Positions 1-8,582 of a stretch of DNA of 64,000 nt are shown one piece after another; positions within the stretch are counted from its first letter, which is position 1, and each line of letters begins with the position of its first letter. A program made the translations under genes and the position numbers. Source of the DNA: a virus; the IMG/VR virus record IMGVR_UViG_3300036800_000175, positions 45,877 through 109,876 of that record; one strand, 5' to 3'. The notes under the pieces are model-generated. The model was not told the DNA's origin and made no database searches. It was given only the letters and a program-made list of their open reading frames with translations.

Positions 1-1
1 C

Positions 2-163
2 CTGGCTGCGCTCGGCGCGTTCGGGTTGCACATGGACGCCCACATGCAGGCGGAGTTCCTCACCGGCATCGGGATCGTGCTCGGCCTGGTCCTGCGGCTG
101 CACCAGACCCCCGTCACCCCACCGGCCGTCACCCCACCGGCGGCGGCGCACGCGGCCGGGTGA
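2..163 (+). CDS. 3' end of probable holin / small membrane protein (truncated by window edge)
   Basis: Reads LAALGAFGLHMDAHMQAEFLTGIGIVLGLVLRLHQTPVTPP..., hydrophobic; stop overlaps next start (GTGA); lies upstream of endolysin. Confidence 0.55.
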   Translation: MAALGAFGLHMDAHMQAEFLTGIGIVLGLVLRLHQTPVTPPAVTPPAAAHAAG

Positions 164-468
164 CCGGCTGGCTGGGGCACTGGCTCGGCCTCGACAACGT
201 CGCGGGCCAAATCTACGCCTGGTGGTCCGGCAGCGGGTCGGTGATCCTCCCGTGGATCCTGAACTCCCTCACGGTCGCGGCCCTGTTCTGGTGGCACCAC
301 CAGTGCCACGTCTCCGGGTGCTGGTGGTATGCCCGCCGCACCACGGCGGCCGGTGAACGCGCCTGCTGGCGCCACCATCCCCATCCGCGGCGGACCGCCG
401 CGGATCTGCTCACCGCGCATCACGCCGCTATCCGCGCCGGCACCAACACGAACGGAGGCGCACCGTGA
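160..468 (+). CDS. lysis-cassette membrane protein, hypothetical
   Basis: Hydrophobic segment then C/H-rich tail; GTGA coupling at both ends. Confidence 0.6.
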   Translation: MTGWLGHWLGLDNVAGQIYAWWSGSGSVILPWILNSLTVAALFWWHHQCHVSGCWWYARRTTAAGERACWRHHPHPRRTAADLLTAHHAAIRAGTNTNGGAP

Positions 469-1313
469 CCCTTGCAGGTGTTGACGTGGCGGTCTACCAG
501 GGGACACCCGGCAGCTGGCGGGCGGAGGCAGGCGCGATCGCGTGGGCCGGGGTGAAGATCAGCGAACTGTCATCCGCCGGGCCCTACATTTCCCCGGACG
601 CCGCGGCGGACTGGGCGTATCTCAAGGCCCACGGCAAAGGCCGGGTCGGCTACCTGTTCGGTCACCCCGCCACCGGCCCGGCGGCGACGGTCAGCCTGTT
701 CGCGGATGAGCTCGCCCGCCTCGGCCTGGACGACGGCGACGGCATCGCGCTGGACCTCGAGCAATCCGACGGGCTGCCGCCCGGCCATGTGGCCACCTGG
801 GCGGGGCAGGTCATGGCACAGCTTGAGCATGTGCTGCACCGGACCCCGCTGCTGTACACCTTCCTCAGCTTCGCCCAGGGCGGGAACTGTGCCGGGCTCG
901 GCCGGTACCCGCTGTGGATCGCGGACCCGTCCAGCCCGGCCGGCCACCCGCGGGTACCGGGCCCGTGGTCGGGGTGGGCGATCCACCAGCATTCGATCAC
1001 CGGCAGCATCGACCGGGACGTCGCCGCCTGGGCCACGATGGCCGCGATGCGCGGCGAGCTCGGGAAGAAAGGAACCGCCGTGGCAGGGCAGACGATCGAC
1101 TGGAAGGCTGCGGGCAGCAGCAAGACGCTCGCGGAGCTGGCCGCGGACCGGAAGGTGGGGCCGTCCACGATCCTGCGGCTGACAGCGCAGCACGGGGCGG
1201 GGGGGAAGTTCCCCGGCCCGGTCGCGGCGTGGCTGGACGCGGTATTCACTGGGACGACGGCACCGTCGGCGCCGATCCCCGCGGATGTGGTGCTGCGGGT
1301 GCCTGCCAGCTGA
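465..1313 (+). CDS. endolysin, GH25 muramidase
   Basis: GVDVAVYQG N-terminus, ALDLE, YPLWIA, IDRD motifs of GH25; GGAGG RBS. Confidence 0.85.
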   Translation: MTLAGVDVAVYQGTPGSWRAEAGAIAWAGVKISELSSAGPYISPDAAADWAYLKAHGKGRVGYLFGHPATGPAATVSLFADELARLGLDDGDGIALDLEQSDGLPPGHVATWAGQVMAQLEHVLHRTPLLYTFLSFAQGGNCAGLGRYPLWIADPSSPAGHPRVPGPWSGWAIHQHSITGSIDRDVAAWATMAAMRGELGKKGTAVAGQTIDWKAAGSSKTLAELAADRKVGPSTILRLTAQHGAGGKFPGPVAAWLDAVFTGTTAPSAPIPADVVLRVPAS

Positions 1314-1540
1314 AACGCGCGGTGGGCGGCGTGCGGGGCCTTGCGCGACGGAACTCGGCAGCCGGCTTCACCAGGCTCCGACGAACAACCCTTGCTCCCC
1401 GCACGCCGCTTCGGGACAGTCTGGCCCGTCTCGTCCGCATTGTCTACCTGGTCTGTGACTAACGGTCACAATGGTATGTGTGGCTGATACGGGTGATACC
1501 CGGGGTACAGGTGTGACGGGCCCGGTCGTAACGTTGGGTC

Positions 1541-1792
1541 ATGTCCGGGGAGATCGACCGTTGGAGCGAGACGCCCTACAAGGAGCAGCTCGCCGGGTTC
1601 ATCCGCGCCCAGATCCAGGCCGGTGACCTGCAACCGGGCCAGCAACTCCCCAGCGAACAGCACCTCATGGCCACCTACCAGCTATCCCGGTCCACCGTCC
1701 GCGGTGCCCTTGAGCTACTCCGCGGCGGCGGATGGATCGAAACCCACCGTCGGCGCGGGTCACGCGTCAGCCAGAACCCGCCGCCCCGCTAG
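1541..1792 (+). CDS. GntR-family wHTH regulator (HTH only)
   Basis: QLAGFIRAQIQAGDLQPGQQLPSEQHLM...SRSTVRGALELL...GSRV. Confidence 0.9.
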   Translation: MSGEIDRWSETPYKEQLAGFIRAQIQAGDLQPGQQLPSEQHLMATYQLSRSTVRGALELLRGGGWIETHRRRGSRVSQNPPPR

Positions 1793-1808
1793 CGGCCGCA
1801 AAAGCAAA

Positions 1809-1850
1809 GAGCCCCCGGCAGCGTTCGCGCTGCCGGGGGCTCCCCTTTTT
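1809..1850. terminator. bidirectional intrinsic terminator
   Basis: GAGCCCCCGGCAGCG-TTCG-CGCTGCCGGGGGCTC, T run downstream and A-rich upstream, between convergent genes. Confidence 0.85.
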
Positions 1851-1863
1851 GCATGTGCTGGGG

Positions 1864-2043
1864 TCAGCCGTGGAACATGTCCGGGGACGCCCCGTGGTAC
1901 ATGTCCGGGGACGCCGCCGCCACGACCGGGGCGGAGTTCGCGGTGGCGACGATCGACGGGACCGCCACGGCGGCACCGGAACTGATGGTGCCGGCCACGA
2001 TCATTGTGGCGGCGAACTTTCTCGGGATGCGGGTGATTCTCAT
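1864..2043 (-). CDS. 59-aa secreted pro-peptide with tandem C-terminal cores ASPDMYHG/ASPDMFHG (not in ORF track)
   Basis: MRITRIPRKFAATMIVAGTISSGAAVAVPSIVATANSAPVVAAASPDMYHGASPDMFHG*; GAAGGA RBS; stop just before the terminator. Confidence 0.8.
   Translation of the reverse strand: MRITRIPRKFAATMIVAGTISSGAAVAVPSIVATANSAPVVAAASPDMYHGASPDMFHG
1868..1915. repeat. 24-bp tandem repeat (2 copies, 1 mismatch) encoding the peptide cores
   Basis: CCGTGG(A/T)ACATGTCCGGGGACGCC x2. Confidence 0.95.
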
Positions 2044-2086
2044 CGGGCGGGTTTCCTTCCATCGGGGGGGCCTTCAACGTCGGGGA

Positions 2087-2467
2087 TCATGAGACGGGCC
2101 ACTGCGGTTCCACCAGCGCAGCCAGCTGGGTGAGCCTGCTGCGGCCCATGAGCGACGGCAGCCCGGTGCCCTCAGCGCGGCATGAGTTGGTGGTGATCTG
2201 CCAGGTGCTGCCGAGGTACTCACCGTCGGCTTTGCTCACCGCGGCAACCCCCGCCTCAGGGGCCAGTTCCCGGGCGATGCTCAGCAGGTCAAGGCCCTTG
2301 TCGCGGTCACCGAAAATCAGGGTGAGGATGTCACCCTTGCCGTCGTTGAAATTGATCGCGGCCACATCAATAGGCCGCTCAGCGGTCTCCGACCACCACA
2401 GCGGGCAGACACGCGCCAGACGCGTAAGGGTGCGGTAGACGCTTGCGTCAGCGTCCTGAAAAAGCAT
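2087..2467 (-). CDS. hypothetical protein, likely co-transcribed with the peptide gene
   Basis: 126 aa, GGGGAG RBS, promoter-like TAGACG-N18-TAGGGT upstream. Confidence 0.7.
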   Translation of the reverse strand: MLFQDADASVYRTLTRLARVCPLWWSETAERPIDVAAINFNDGKGDILTLIFGDRDKGLDLLSIARELAPEAGVAAVSKADGEYLGSTWQITTNSCRAEGTGLPSLMGRSRLTQLAALVEPQWPVS

Positions 2468-2681
2468 CGGCTTCTCCCCGTTGCTCCTGTGTGTCTGGCT
2501 GGTACCCTACGTCTGCTTAGTACGATCCGTCTAGGTCCCCGGCGGGTACCGCAGGCTGGCTTCCGGAACGTGACCGCGGAGGTGGGGGGGGGCCAGCTGA
2601 ATCCGGTTACCCGCCGGGTTGCTTAGCGGGTTAGCGTGAAGCAACGGCTTGACCTGAGTCGTTGTTCAAGGGATTGCGCAG

Positions 2682-2723
2682 GAACGCCGCCCGGCCCCCG
2701 CAGCGGGGGGCCGGGCGGCGTTC
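2682..2723. terminator. GC-rich hairpin terminator ending the leftward operon
   Basis: GAACGCCGCCCGGCCCCC...GGGGGCCGGGCGGCGTTC next to stop at 2729. Confidence 0.75.
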
Positions 2724-2728
2724 TTCTG

Positions 2729-2956
2729 CTATGCGCGGGGTACGGCGCCGGGGAGGGCGAGCGCGGCGCGGATCAGCGCCCACGGGCCGTCGCCGTAGCG
2801 GTGCCACACGGTGCCGACATCGGTCGTGTCCCGGGTGACCAGGTACGTGCTGACCGTGCCGGGCGGCAGGCCACTGGTTTCGGTGTTGCTGGTCCGGCGG
2901 ATCACCAGCGTGCCGATCCGCTCATCGTTGACCATGAGCGGGAACCACAGGCTCAC
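2729..2956 (-). CDS. hypothetical protein
   Basis: 75 aa, coupled to upstream gene. Confidence 0.6.
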   Translation of the reverse strand: MSLWFPLMVNDERIGTLVIRRTSNTETSGLPPGTVSTYLVTRDTTDVGTVWHRYGDGPWALIRAALALPGAVPRA

Positions 2957-3417
2957 GGGGAGTCCTGGTCGCTGGTTTCCGGCGTGGCCCCCGATTCCGC
3001 GCCGGAAACCAGCTGATCCCAGTCCACCACCACCGCTGGATCCAGGTCCGGCACCTCACCGGCGATGACGTCGCGGGCCGCGCCGGGGCCGAGCCGCTCG
3101 AGCACGGCGGCGAGCGCCCGGTCATGCCCGGCGTTCGCAGCCGCTACGGTGGCGTACCGCTCCTGATAGTCGTCCAGGTCGTCATCGCCGCCGATGTGGA
3201 CGTCACCGGGCGCGAAGATCATCGTCTCAAAGATGATCGGCACGGTGGATCCCCAGCCGTGGTCGATGCCGAGCCACACGGTAGAGATCGTCCAGCCGCG
3301 CACATGATGGACCGCGACCCGCAGATACTCAAGATCCCCATGCTTGACCGCCCATTCCTCGGGCTCAATGGGCTGCCCATCGCGGTCGTAGAACAGGTGG
3401 TACCGGCCGTAGAACAC
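2953..3417 (-). CDS. conserved phage hypothetical protein
   Basis: ISTVWLGIDH...PIIFETMIF motif of a common phage family. Confidence 0.7.
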   Translation of the reverse strand: MFYGRYHLFYDRDGQPIEPEEWAVKHGDLEYLRVAVHHVRGWTISTVWLGIDHGWGSTVPIIFETMIFAPGDVHIGGDDDLDDYQERYATVAAANAGHDRALAAVLERLGPGAARDVIAGEVPDLDPAVVVDWDQLVSGAESGATPETSDQDSP

Positions 3418-3423
3418 GGGAGG

Positions 3424-3921
3424 TCAGCCGACCGTGGCCACGGCCGCCGCGAGCGTGGCGAGCGTGGCGCAGGTGCTCTTGACGTAGCCGGCGTCCCGGT
3501 ACGCCTCGCCGCCCATCCGGATCGGCTCCCAGCCGTACTCGGCTGCGTCGTGGGCATCCTGGCCGGGCATGACGTCCCAGGTGCCGGCGCAATGGAATCC
3601 CAGCCACCACACCCGGTCGGGCTCGCCCGGGCCGGGGACGTGGCAGATGGTGCGGTCCTCCGGGCCCGGCTCGCACAACCCGGAATAGGTCAGTTCCCGG
3701 TCGCCGGCCCACAGGGGAATTGAGTCGCAGGGCGCCTCAAACCAGGGGTGGCCTTCGGGGACGCCGACGTAGCCGCACAGCGCACCGGACCGGGGGTTGC
3801 GTTTCAGCAGGCACGGCAGGCCGGTGGACTCATCGGCCCACTGTTCCTTGTCGGGCTCACCCATCCACGGGCCGGGTGCCCAGCTGGTTTTGTCGATCGT
3901 GGTCCACGTCCGGTTATCCAC
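3424..3921 (-). CDS. conserved phage hypothetical protein
   Basis: LCGYVGVPEGHPW...ELTYS...WWLGFHCA motif. Confidence 0.7.
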   Translation of the reverse strand: MDNRTWTTIDKTSWAPGPWMGEPDKEQWADESTGLPCLLKRNPRSGALCGYVGVPEGHPWFEAPCDSIPLWAGDRELTYSGLCEPGPEDRTICHVPGPGEPDRVWWLGFHCAGTWDVMPGQDAHDAAEYGWEPIRMGGEAYRDAGYVKSTCATLATLAAAVATVG

Positions 3922-4058
3922 CGCCGGAGCCTCCCCCCGTCTGCGGCGTCTGGCGGAGCCTGCCTACGGGAAAGTCAGCGATGAAGTTACCCGCAGGCAG
4001 GTCCGGTTAACTCAATGTAGCGGGAGGGTGGGGGGCGTGCCCAGCGGAAACGCCAACG

Positions 4059-4286
4059 TCAGCGACGGCGGGCGCGGCGGCGGCGATCCGTCTCAGCGTG
4101 CGCGGCCAGCAGGCCGTACACGGCCAGGAAGACGATCAGCGCGGCCAGGACGGTGATGAGGACGCCCAGCCACAGGGCGGCGATCCACGCCCAGGTGACG
4201 CCACCGGCGGCGAAGATGATCAGGTACAGCCAGCCCGCGCCGGCGACGCGGCGGCGGCGGCGGATGCATGCTCTCACAGCCCCCAC
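4059..4286 (-). CDS. small two-TM membrane protein
   Basis: Long hydrophobic stretch flanked by Arg clusters. Confidence 0.5.
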   Translation of the reverse strand: MGAVRACIRRRRRVAGAGWLYLIIFAAGGVTWAWIAALWLGVLITVLAALIVFLAVYGLLAAHAETDRRRRARRR

Positions 4287-4514
4287 TATACCCGGTCAAG
4301 TTGACCACGTCTAAAACGGCCAACACGGCAACCGGGCGGGCGGACATATCCGAAAATACAGGAGGGGCCAGGGCGGCGGATGCGCATATCCGTCTTCGCC
4401 CGCCCTGGCCCCGCCTGCCCCCCCCGATCAGGACGCACCACCCCGTGCCCGGGTAATGCGACGCCCAGCGTACGGCAAACGATTACATCCCGCGCCCCTG
4501 AGATTACGGATCCT

Positions 4515-5135
4515 TTAACGTGACGGCCTGCCGCGCACCCCGGCCGTATCGCGGCGGCCACCACCGCCGAACCCGGCGGGCAGCGGCGCGCTGCGGGACA
4601 CCACCGCCCGGAACATCGTCATCAGGGCATCCGGGACGTCACCTTCCAGGCCTTCGACGCGCTGCGTGTCGATCCTGTCCTGGCCGCGGGTCTGGAACGC
4701 GGTGAACATGCCCATGCGGGTCATCGCCCACACGGTCCGCTGCTCAACCCGGCCCGGGTGAGCGTACAACCTGCGGCGGTGGGCGGCGCGCTGCGCCCGC
4801 CGGACCGCGGCCTCATCGCTGACCGGGGTGGCGACCGTCCATGTTTCGCAGCGGAACACCACGCCGTGGAACGATTCCGGGGCGAGGGCGACCAGCGCCT
4901 CACGGTACGGCGGTTCAGTCATGTTCCGGGCCAGGCCGGCCAGCACCTGCGCCGGCGGCCCTGACGCCCACACGCACTCCGGGACCAGCGACCGCCCGGA
5001 AATCCGGATCCGGCTGCCGTCGTCGTTGTACATGAAATGCAGGGCGGGTGGCTCATCCCACGCGCGGCGGGCCCGCAGCAGGTCCGCGAGCGCCATGCTG
5101 GTCAGGTCGGCCAGCGCCTGGCGGGACAGTTCCAT
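4515..5135 (-). CDS. hypothetical protein (distant paralog of 10003..10539)
   Basis: Start MELSRQAL; shared motif order WD.P / E.W or ESH / R..HP.R or R...RP. Confidence 0.6.
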   Translation of the reverse strand: MELSRQALADLTSMALADLLRARRAWDEPPALHFMYNDDGSRIRISGRSLVPECVWASGPPAQVLAGLARNMTEPPYREALVALAPESFHGVVFRCETWTVATPVSDEAAVRRAQRAAHRRRLYAHPGRVEQRTVWAMTRMGMFTAFQTRGQDRIDTQRVEGLEGDVPDALMTMFRAVVSRSAPLPAGFGGGGRRDTAGVRGRPSR

Positions 5136-5136
5136 G

Positions 5137-5400
5137 TCAGCCGATGCTCCCCGTGCACGGCTGGGCGGCGAGCTGCTCACTGTAGGCCTGCTCACATTTG
5201 AAACAGCCGGTCCCGCCGAAACCGATCATGTTTTCCACGTCCAGCAGCATCGACGTGTCGTCCCGGGTGCGCGGGTCGGGGATCCGCCACACGGCGGTCA
5301 CGCACCACAGATGCTCAGCAGGCCCGTCCGCGACGGCCAGCCGGGCCAGCAGCGTGCCCCCGTCGGGCGGGTTGTAGGTGCTGTCCAGCCCCCTGATCAT
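5137..5400 (-). CDS. hypothetical protein with CxxC
   Basis: MIRGLDSTY...GCFKCEQ; ATGA coupling. Confidence 0.55.
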   Translation of the reverse strand: MIRGLDSTYNPPDGGTLLARLAVADGPAEHLWCVTAVWRIPDPRTRDDTSMLLDVENMIGFGGTGCFKCEQAYSEQLAAQPCTGSIG

Positions 5401-5710
5401 GTGGCGTCGTCCCACGCCTGCATGGCGTCTTTCAGGCTGTCCGCGATGCGCCGGCCGCCGCTCGAGCGGAGCCGCAACGCGAACACCGGGCACAGTTGCG
5501 CGGCGAGATCCTTCCCCGCGTACGTCATCGCGGTCACCAGCGTCGCGACCGGCATGGCGTCGTCTGAGCGCTGGATCCCGAACGCCGGCACGCTGGACTC
5601 GCGGAGCCGGGCGGGGACACGCACATCCGGTCCCAAGGGCAGGTCGTGCAGAGCATGGCCGGGTCGGAGCCTTCGGCCAGTGCCTTCGACGCCGCCTCAT
5701 AGTTACCCAC
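5397..5710 (-). pseudogene. frameshifted or internally deleted hypothetical gene
   Basis: N-terminus (MGNYEAASKALAEG...CTTCPWDRMC) and C-terminus (...CPVFALRLRSSGG) lie in different frames, junction near 5610. Confidence 0.45.
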
Positions 5711-5738
5711 ACACACCCCCAGTTACGTTAAGCGAGGG

Positions 5739-6017
5739 CTATGTTACCGCGCGTCCCTCCCCGGCCGCGGGATCTCCGGTCAGCGACTTGAGCAGCACCC
5801 GGAACCCGTCGCTCTTGGCCTGGCACGCCAGATGCCAGCCGCAGCGGCCCCGGGTCGCAGCCCGGCACGCGTCGCAGGTCAGGGCTTCCTGCGTGGTGTC
5901 CCACGTTGCGATGGATTCCTCAAGGGATTCCAGGACCTGCGGGAGGGCGTCCCCGGCGACGATGATCGGCACGTTGCGGCCGCGGACGATGACCGTCTGC
6001 TCGATGACTGCGGTCAC
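5739..6017 (-). CDS. hypothetical protein with CxxC...CxxH
   Basis: 92 aa, GGGAG RBS. Confidence 0.6.
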   Translation of the reverse strand: MTAVIEQTVIVRGRNVPIIVAGDALPQVLESLEESIATWDTTQEALTCDACRAATRGRCGWHLACQAKSDGFRVLLKSLTGDPAAGEGRAVT

Positions 6018-6259
6018 GGCGTTTCTCCCTACGGCGGGGGGGACTGCGTTTCCAACGATGCCGTAAATGGGCGAAACCGGCCAGCGACACGCTCTGAACA
6101 GGGACGGTGCCGGCGTGTCATGCAGGTATCCGCAGGCACCTTAGGCTAGGCGACACGCCGCAACGGCGGACACACTGCACGCAACGGTGCCGGCGATGGC
6201 AGGATGACCGGTCAAACCCGGCTGCCAACCTGGCGAACGAACACCGGAGGTTACCCAGG

Positions 6260-6288
6260 AAAAAAACAAGGCCCGCACGAGGCGGGCC
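6260..6288 (-). terminator. intrinsic terminator on minus strand upstream of rep (candidate ctRNA end)
   Basis: Minus strand GGCCCGC-CTCGT-GCGGGCC-TTGTTTTTTT. Confidence 0.65.
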
Positions 6289-6382
6289 CACACACAACTC
6301 CACACAGATCCGGGATCCAGCTAGCTAGTTAGCTTGGCGGCGACGACCTAGCAGGAACCCATCCGAGCAACCGAGGGCTACT

Positions 6383-7303
6383 ATACGCGAAGCCGACTCG
6401 GCTGGTAGCCCTGCGCCCGATTTTCAGCGTGTCGGTTCCCGGCCGGGCACCCCTGTTCCTGCAACCTCCCAGGCCAGATGGCTGCGCCTGGCGGAGGCCT
6501 TCGCCGGCGACGCCCGCGCCGAGCTCCGCGCCGACGCAGCCGCGAACCTGCTGCGCGTCGCCCGGGCGGTCGGGTGGGCCGCCGACTGGCAGACCCTCCG
6601 GACCCGGCCGACGCTCGCCGCGCTGACCGGACGCACGGGGCTCGCCCGGCGCACCGTGCAACGGTGGCTCCGCGTCCTCGAGGACGCCGGGCTGCTCGAG
6701 GTCCTCGAACCCGGCACCACTCCCCGATTCCGGCCCGCGATCCTGCACCGCGGCGAACCAAACCTCGCGCGGGAGTGGGTTCTCACCGACCCGGATGCTG
6801 AGCCTGTGGACGGATCTGGCACCCCCTCGGGTCCTGTTACCTGTAACAGGACCCAGGGAATCGCCCCTACGCAGGCGCGCGAGGCCGGGGACACTGCGAA
6901 ACCCGGAAAATCGCGCCAGCGGCGCGGGTGGCTGACGATCTGCCAGACGCTGCGGGCTCAGAATCCGAACCTGCGGCGCATCCCCGTGCTGCTGCTGCGG
7001 CACATCCTGCGGCCGTGGCTCACCGCCGGGTACACCGCGGGCGATGTGGTGCACGCCCTGGACTGGCGGGCCGACGGCGGCGAGCATTTCTGCACCGACC
7101 GGGTCCGGTTCCCGGCCGGGTGGCTCCGGTCCCGGATGGCCTGCTGGGCTGGCCCCGACGGGGCACCGCTCCCCCCGTGGTCGGCTGTGCTGGCCAGCCG
7201 GCACGCCACTGAGCGGGCGCAGGTGTACCGGGCTCCGGCCGGGCGTGGCAGCGAGCCTCCGGCCGCCTGGCACGCCGCCCGTGCAGCCATGGGTGCCCGG
7301 TGA
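6383..7303 (+). CDS. rep: plasmid-type replication initiator (pLR7/pMSC262-like HTH Rep); true start uncertain
   Basis: Frame open from 6329; AADWQTLRTRPTLAALTGRTGLARRTVQRWLRVLEDAGLL HTH; C-terminal PAGWLRSRMACWAGPDGAPLPP; adjacent to parA. Confidence 0.65.
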   Translation: MREADSAGSPAPDFQRVGSRPGTPVPATSQARWLRLAEAFAGDARAELRADAAANLLRVARAVGWAADWQTLRTRPTLAALTGRTGLARRTVQRWLRVLEDAGLLEVLEPGTTPRFRPAILHRGEPNLAREWVLTDPDAEPVDGSGTPSGPVTCNRTQGIAPTQAREAGDTAKPGKSRQRRGWLTICQTLRAQNPNLRRIPVLLLRHILRPWLTAGYTAGDVVHALDWRADGGEHFCTDRVRFPAGWLRSRMACWAGPDGAPLPPWSAVLASRHATERAQVYRAPAGRGSEPPAAWHAARAAMGAR

Positions 7304-7458
7304 CCCGCCCGGCCAGGCCCGGAAGGGAGCGTGCCCGGGCGGGCGCGCGGGCACGCGCCCGCGCGTATACATCCCCGCGCACCCAGGCGCAAGGGCGCGG
7401 GGCATGTCGCGGACGGGCCCCCGCACGCACAGGAATGCGGGGGCCCGTGCTGGCGCGC

Positions 7459-7884
7459 TCATCCCCCAGCGGGATCGCGCGGCGGGACGTCCACGTCCGC
7501 GTCAGCGGCCGCGGCCGTCAGCAGGCGCTCACCTGCGCCCGCTGCCCGTGCGTCCGCGCATAGGCGCACCCATTCGGCGGTGGCCGCTTCCGCGCGGTCC
7601 CGTGCGGCGGCGGCGGCCCGCGCTGTCGTGCCGAGCTCCCGGCGCCAGCGCCGCTCTAGGCGCTCATCCATGCGGGCGGGGGCCGGTGGGGGAGTGGGCG
7701 CGGGAACGGCCGCGAGCGGCGGCGCTGTAGCGGCTGCGGGCGCTGCGGGCTGATCTGGTGCGGTAGCAGGGGGGTGGCTGCCCGGCGCGGCAGGGGCCGC
7801 CTCAGCGCCGTCGCCCAGCTTGGCGGTGCCGATCTTCCCGAACGCTGCCTCTGCGGCCGCACCGGCGCGCTGGCGGGCCATCAC
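7459..7884 (-). CDS. putative ParA partner (centromere-binding candidate)
   Basis: Coupled directly downstream of parA; flexible N-terminus, helical C-terminus. Confidence 0.5.
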   Translation of the reverse strand: MMARQRAGAAAEAAFGKIGTAKLGDGAEAAPAAPGSHPPATAPDQPAAPAAATAPPLAAVPAPTPPPAPARMDERLERRWRRELGTTARAAAAARDRAEAATAEWVRLCADARAAGAGERLLTAAAADADVDVPPRDPAGG

Positions 7885-8489
7885 GCGGCCGCCGCGTCGC
7901 TGGCCAGTTCCTCGAGCACGCCTGCGTACTCGCCCAGGTCGGCGGGCACCGTGCCGTAACCGAGGGGGTACCGCTCGAGGTTGTGCACCTCAGCGGCCAT
8001 GACCTTGAGGTTGTGGTCGGTCAGCCACGCGCGGGCTAGCCGGCTGCTGCGGGTGCCGGCGCGGATCTTGACCAGCAGCACCTGGGGGTACACCGGGGAC
8101 ACGGCGTCGATCTCGGCGGCCAGGGCGAACGTGTCGGGCAGCTGCTCAAGTTCCATGGGGCTCGGGGCGACCGGGATGAGCAGCTCGTCGGTGATCATCA
8201 GTGCTTTGCGCAGCAACAGGTCGTCGTGGGGGCTGGTGTCGATGAGGATGTCATCGAAGTCGCCGGCGATGGCCTGGATGCTGCGGACCAGGTCGTCCCC
8301 GAACGCGAGCACGGTGACTGACCCGGGCCAGTCTGGGGCCAGGGCTTTCCATTTCAGGCAGGTTTTGTTGGTGGTGTCCTCATCCACGATGAGGACCCTC
8401 CGCCCTTGCCGGGCGAGGGCGAGCGCGAGGTACACGGTGGTCGTGGATTTCGCCACGCCACCTTTCAGATTGCCTATGGTTGCCTTCAT
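7881..8489 (-). CDS. parA: ParA partition ATPase
   Basis: MKATIGNLKGGVAKST deviant Walker A; LIVDED; ILIDTSP; LLIPVAPS. Confidence 0.9.
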   Translation of the reverse strand: MKATIGNLKGGVAKSTTTVYLALALARQGRRVLIVDEDTTNKTCLKWKALAPDWPGSVTVLAFGDDLVRSIQAIAGDFDDILIDTSPHDDLLLRKALMITDELLIPVAPSPMELEQLPDTFALAAEIDAVSPVYPQVLLVKIRAGTRSSRLARAWLTDHNLKVMAAEVHNLERYPLGYGTVPADLGEYAGVLEELASDAAAA

Positions 8490-8582
8490 GTGGGGTAAAG
8501 TACCGCGCCCAATCCTGCGGAGCGCGGACACGCCGGGCGACACACACGAAAAACGACCTAGCCCCATCGTAGAGTTCTGACT

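Noticed and set aside
1868-1915. 24-bp repeat as a CRISPR array
   Set aside because: Only two abutting copies, no spacers and no cas genes; explained by the peptide coding repeat
1760-2092. ORF-track calls 1760..2077, 1767..1976 and 1853..2092
   Set aside because: Shadow frames, two of which cross the terminator; the 59-aa frame has the RBS and signal-peptide structure
2584-2592. G9 tract as a phase-variation switch
   Set aside because: Short G/C runs are common in this GC-rich sequence and it lies outside the predicted promoter spacer
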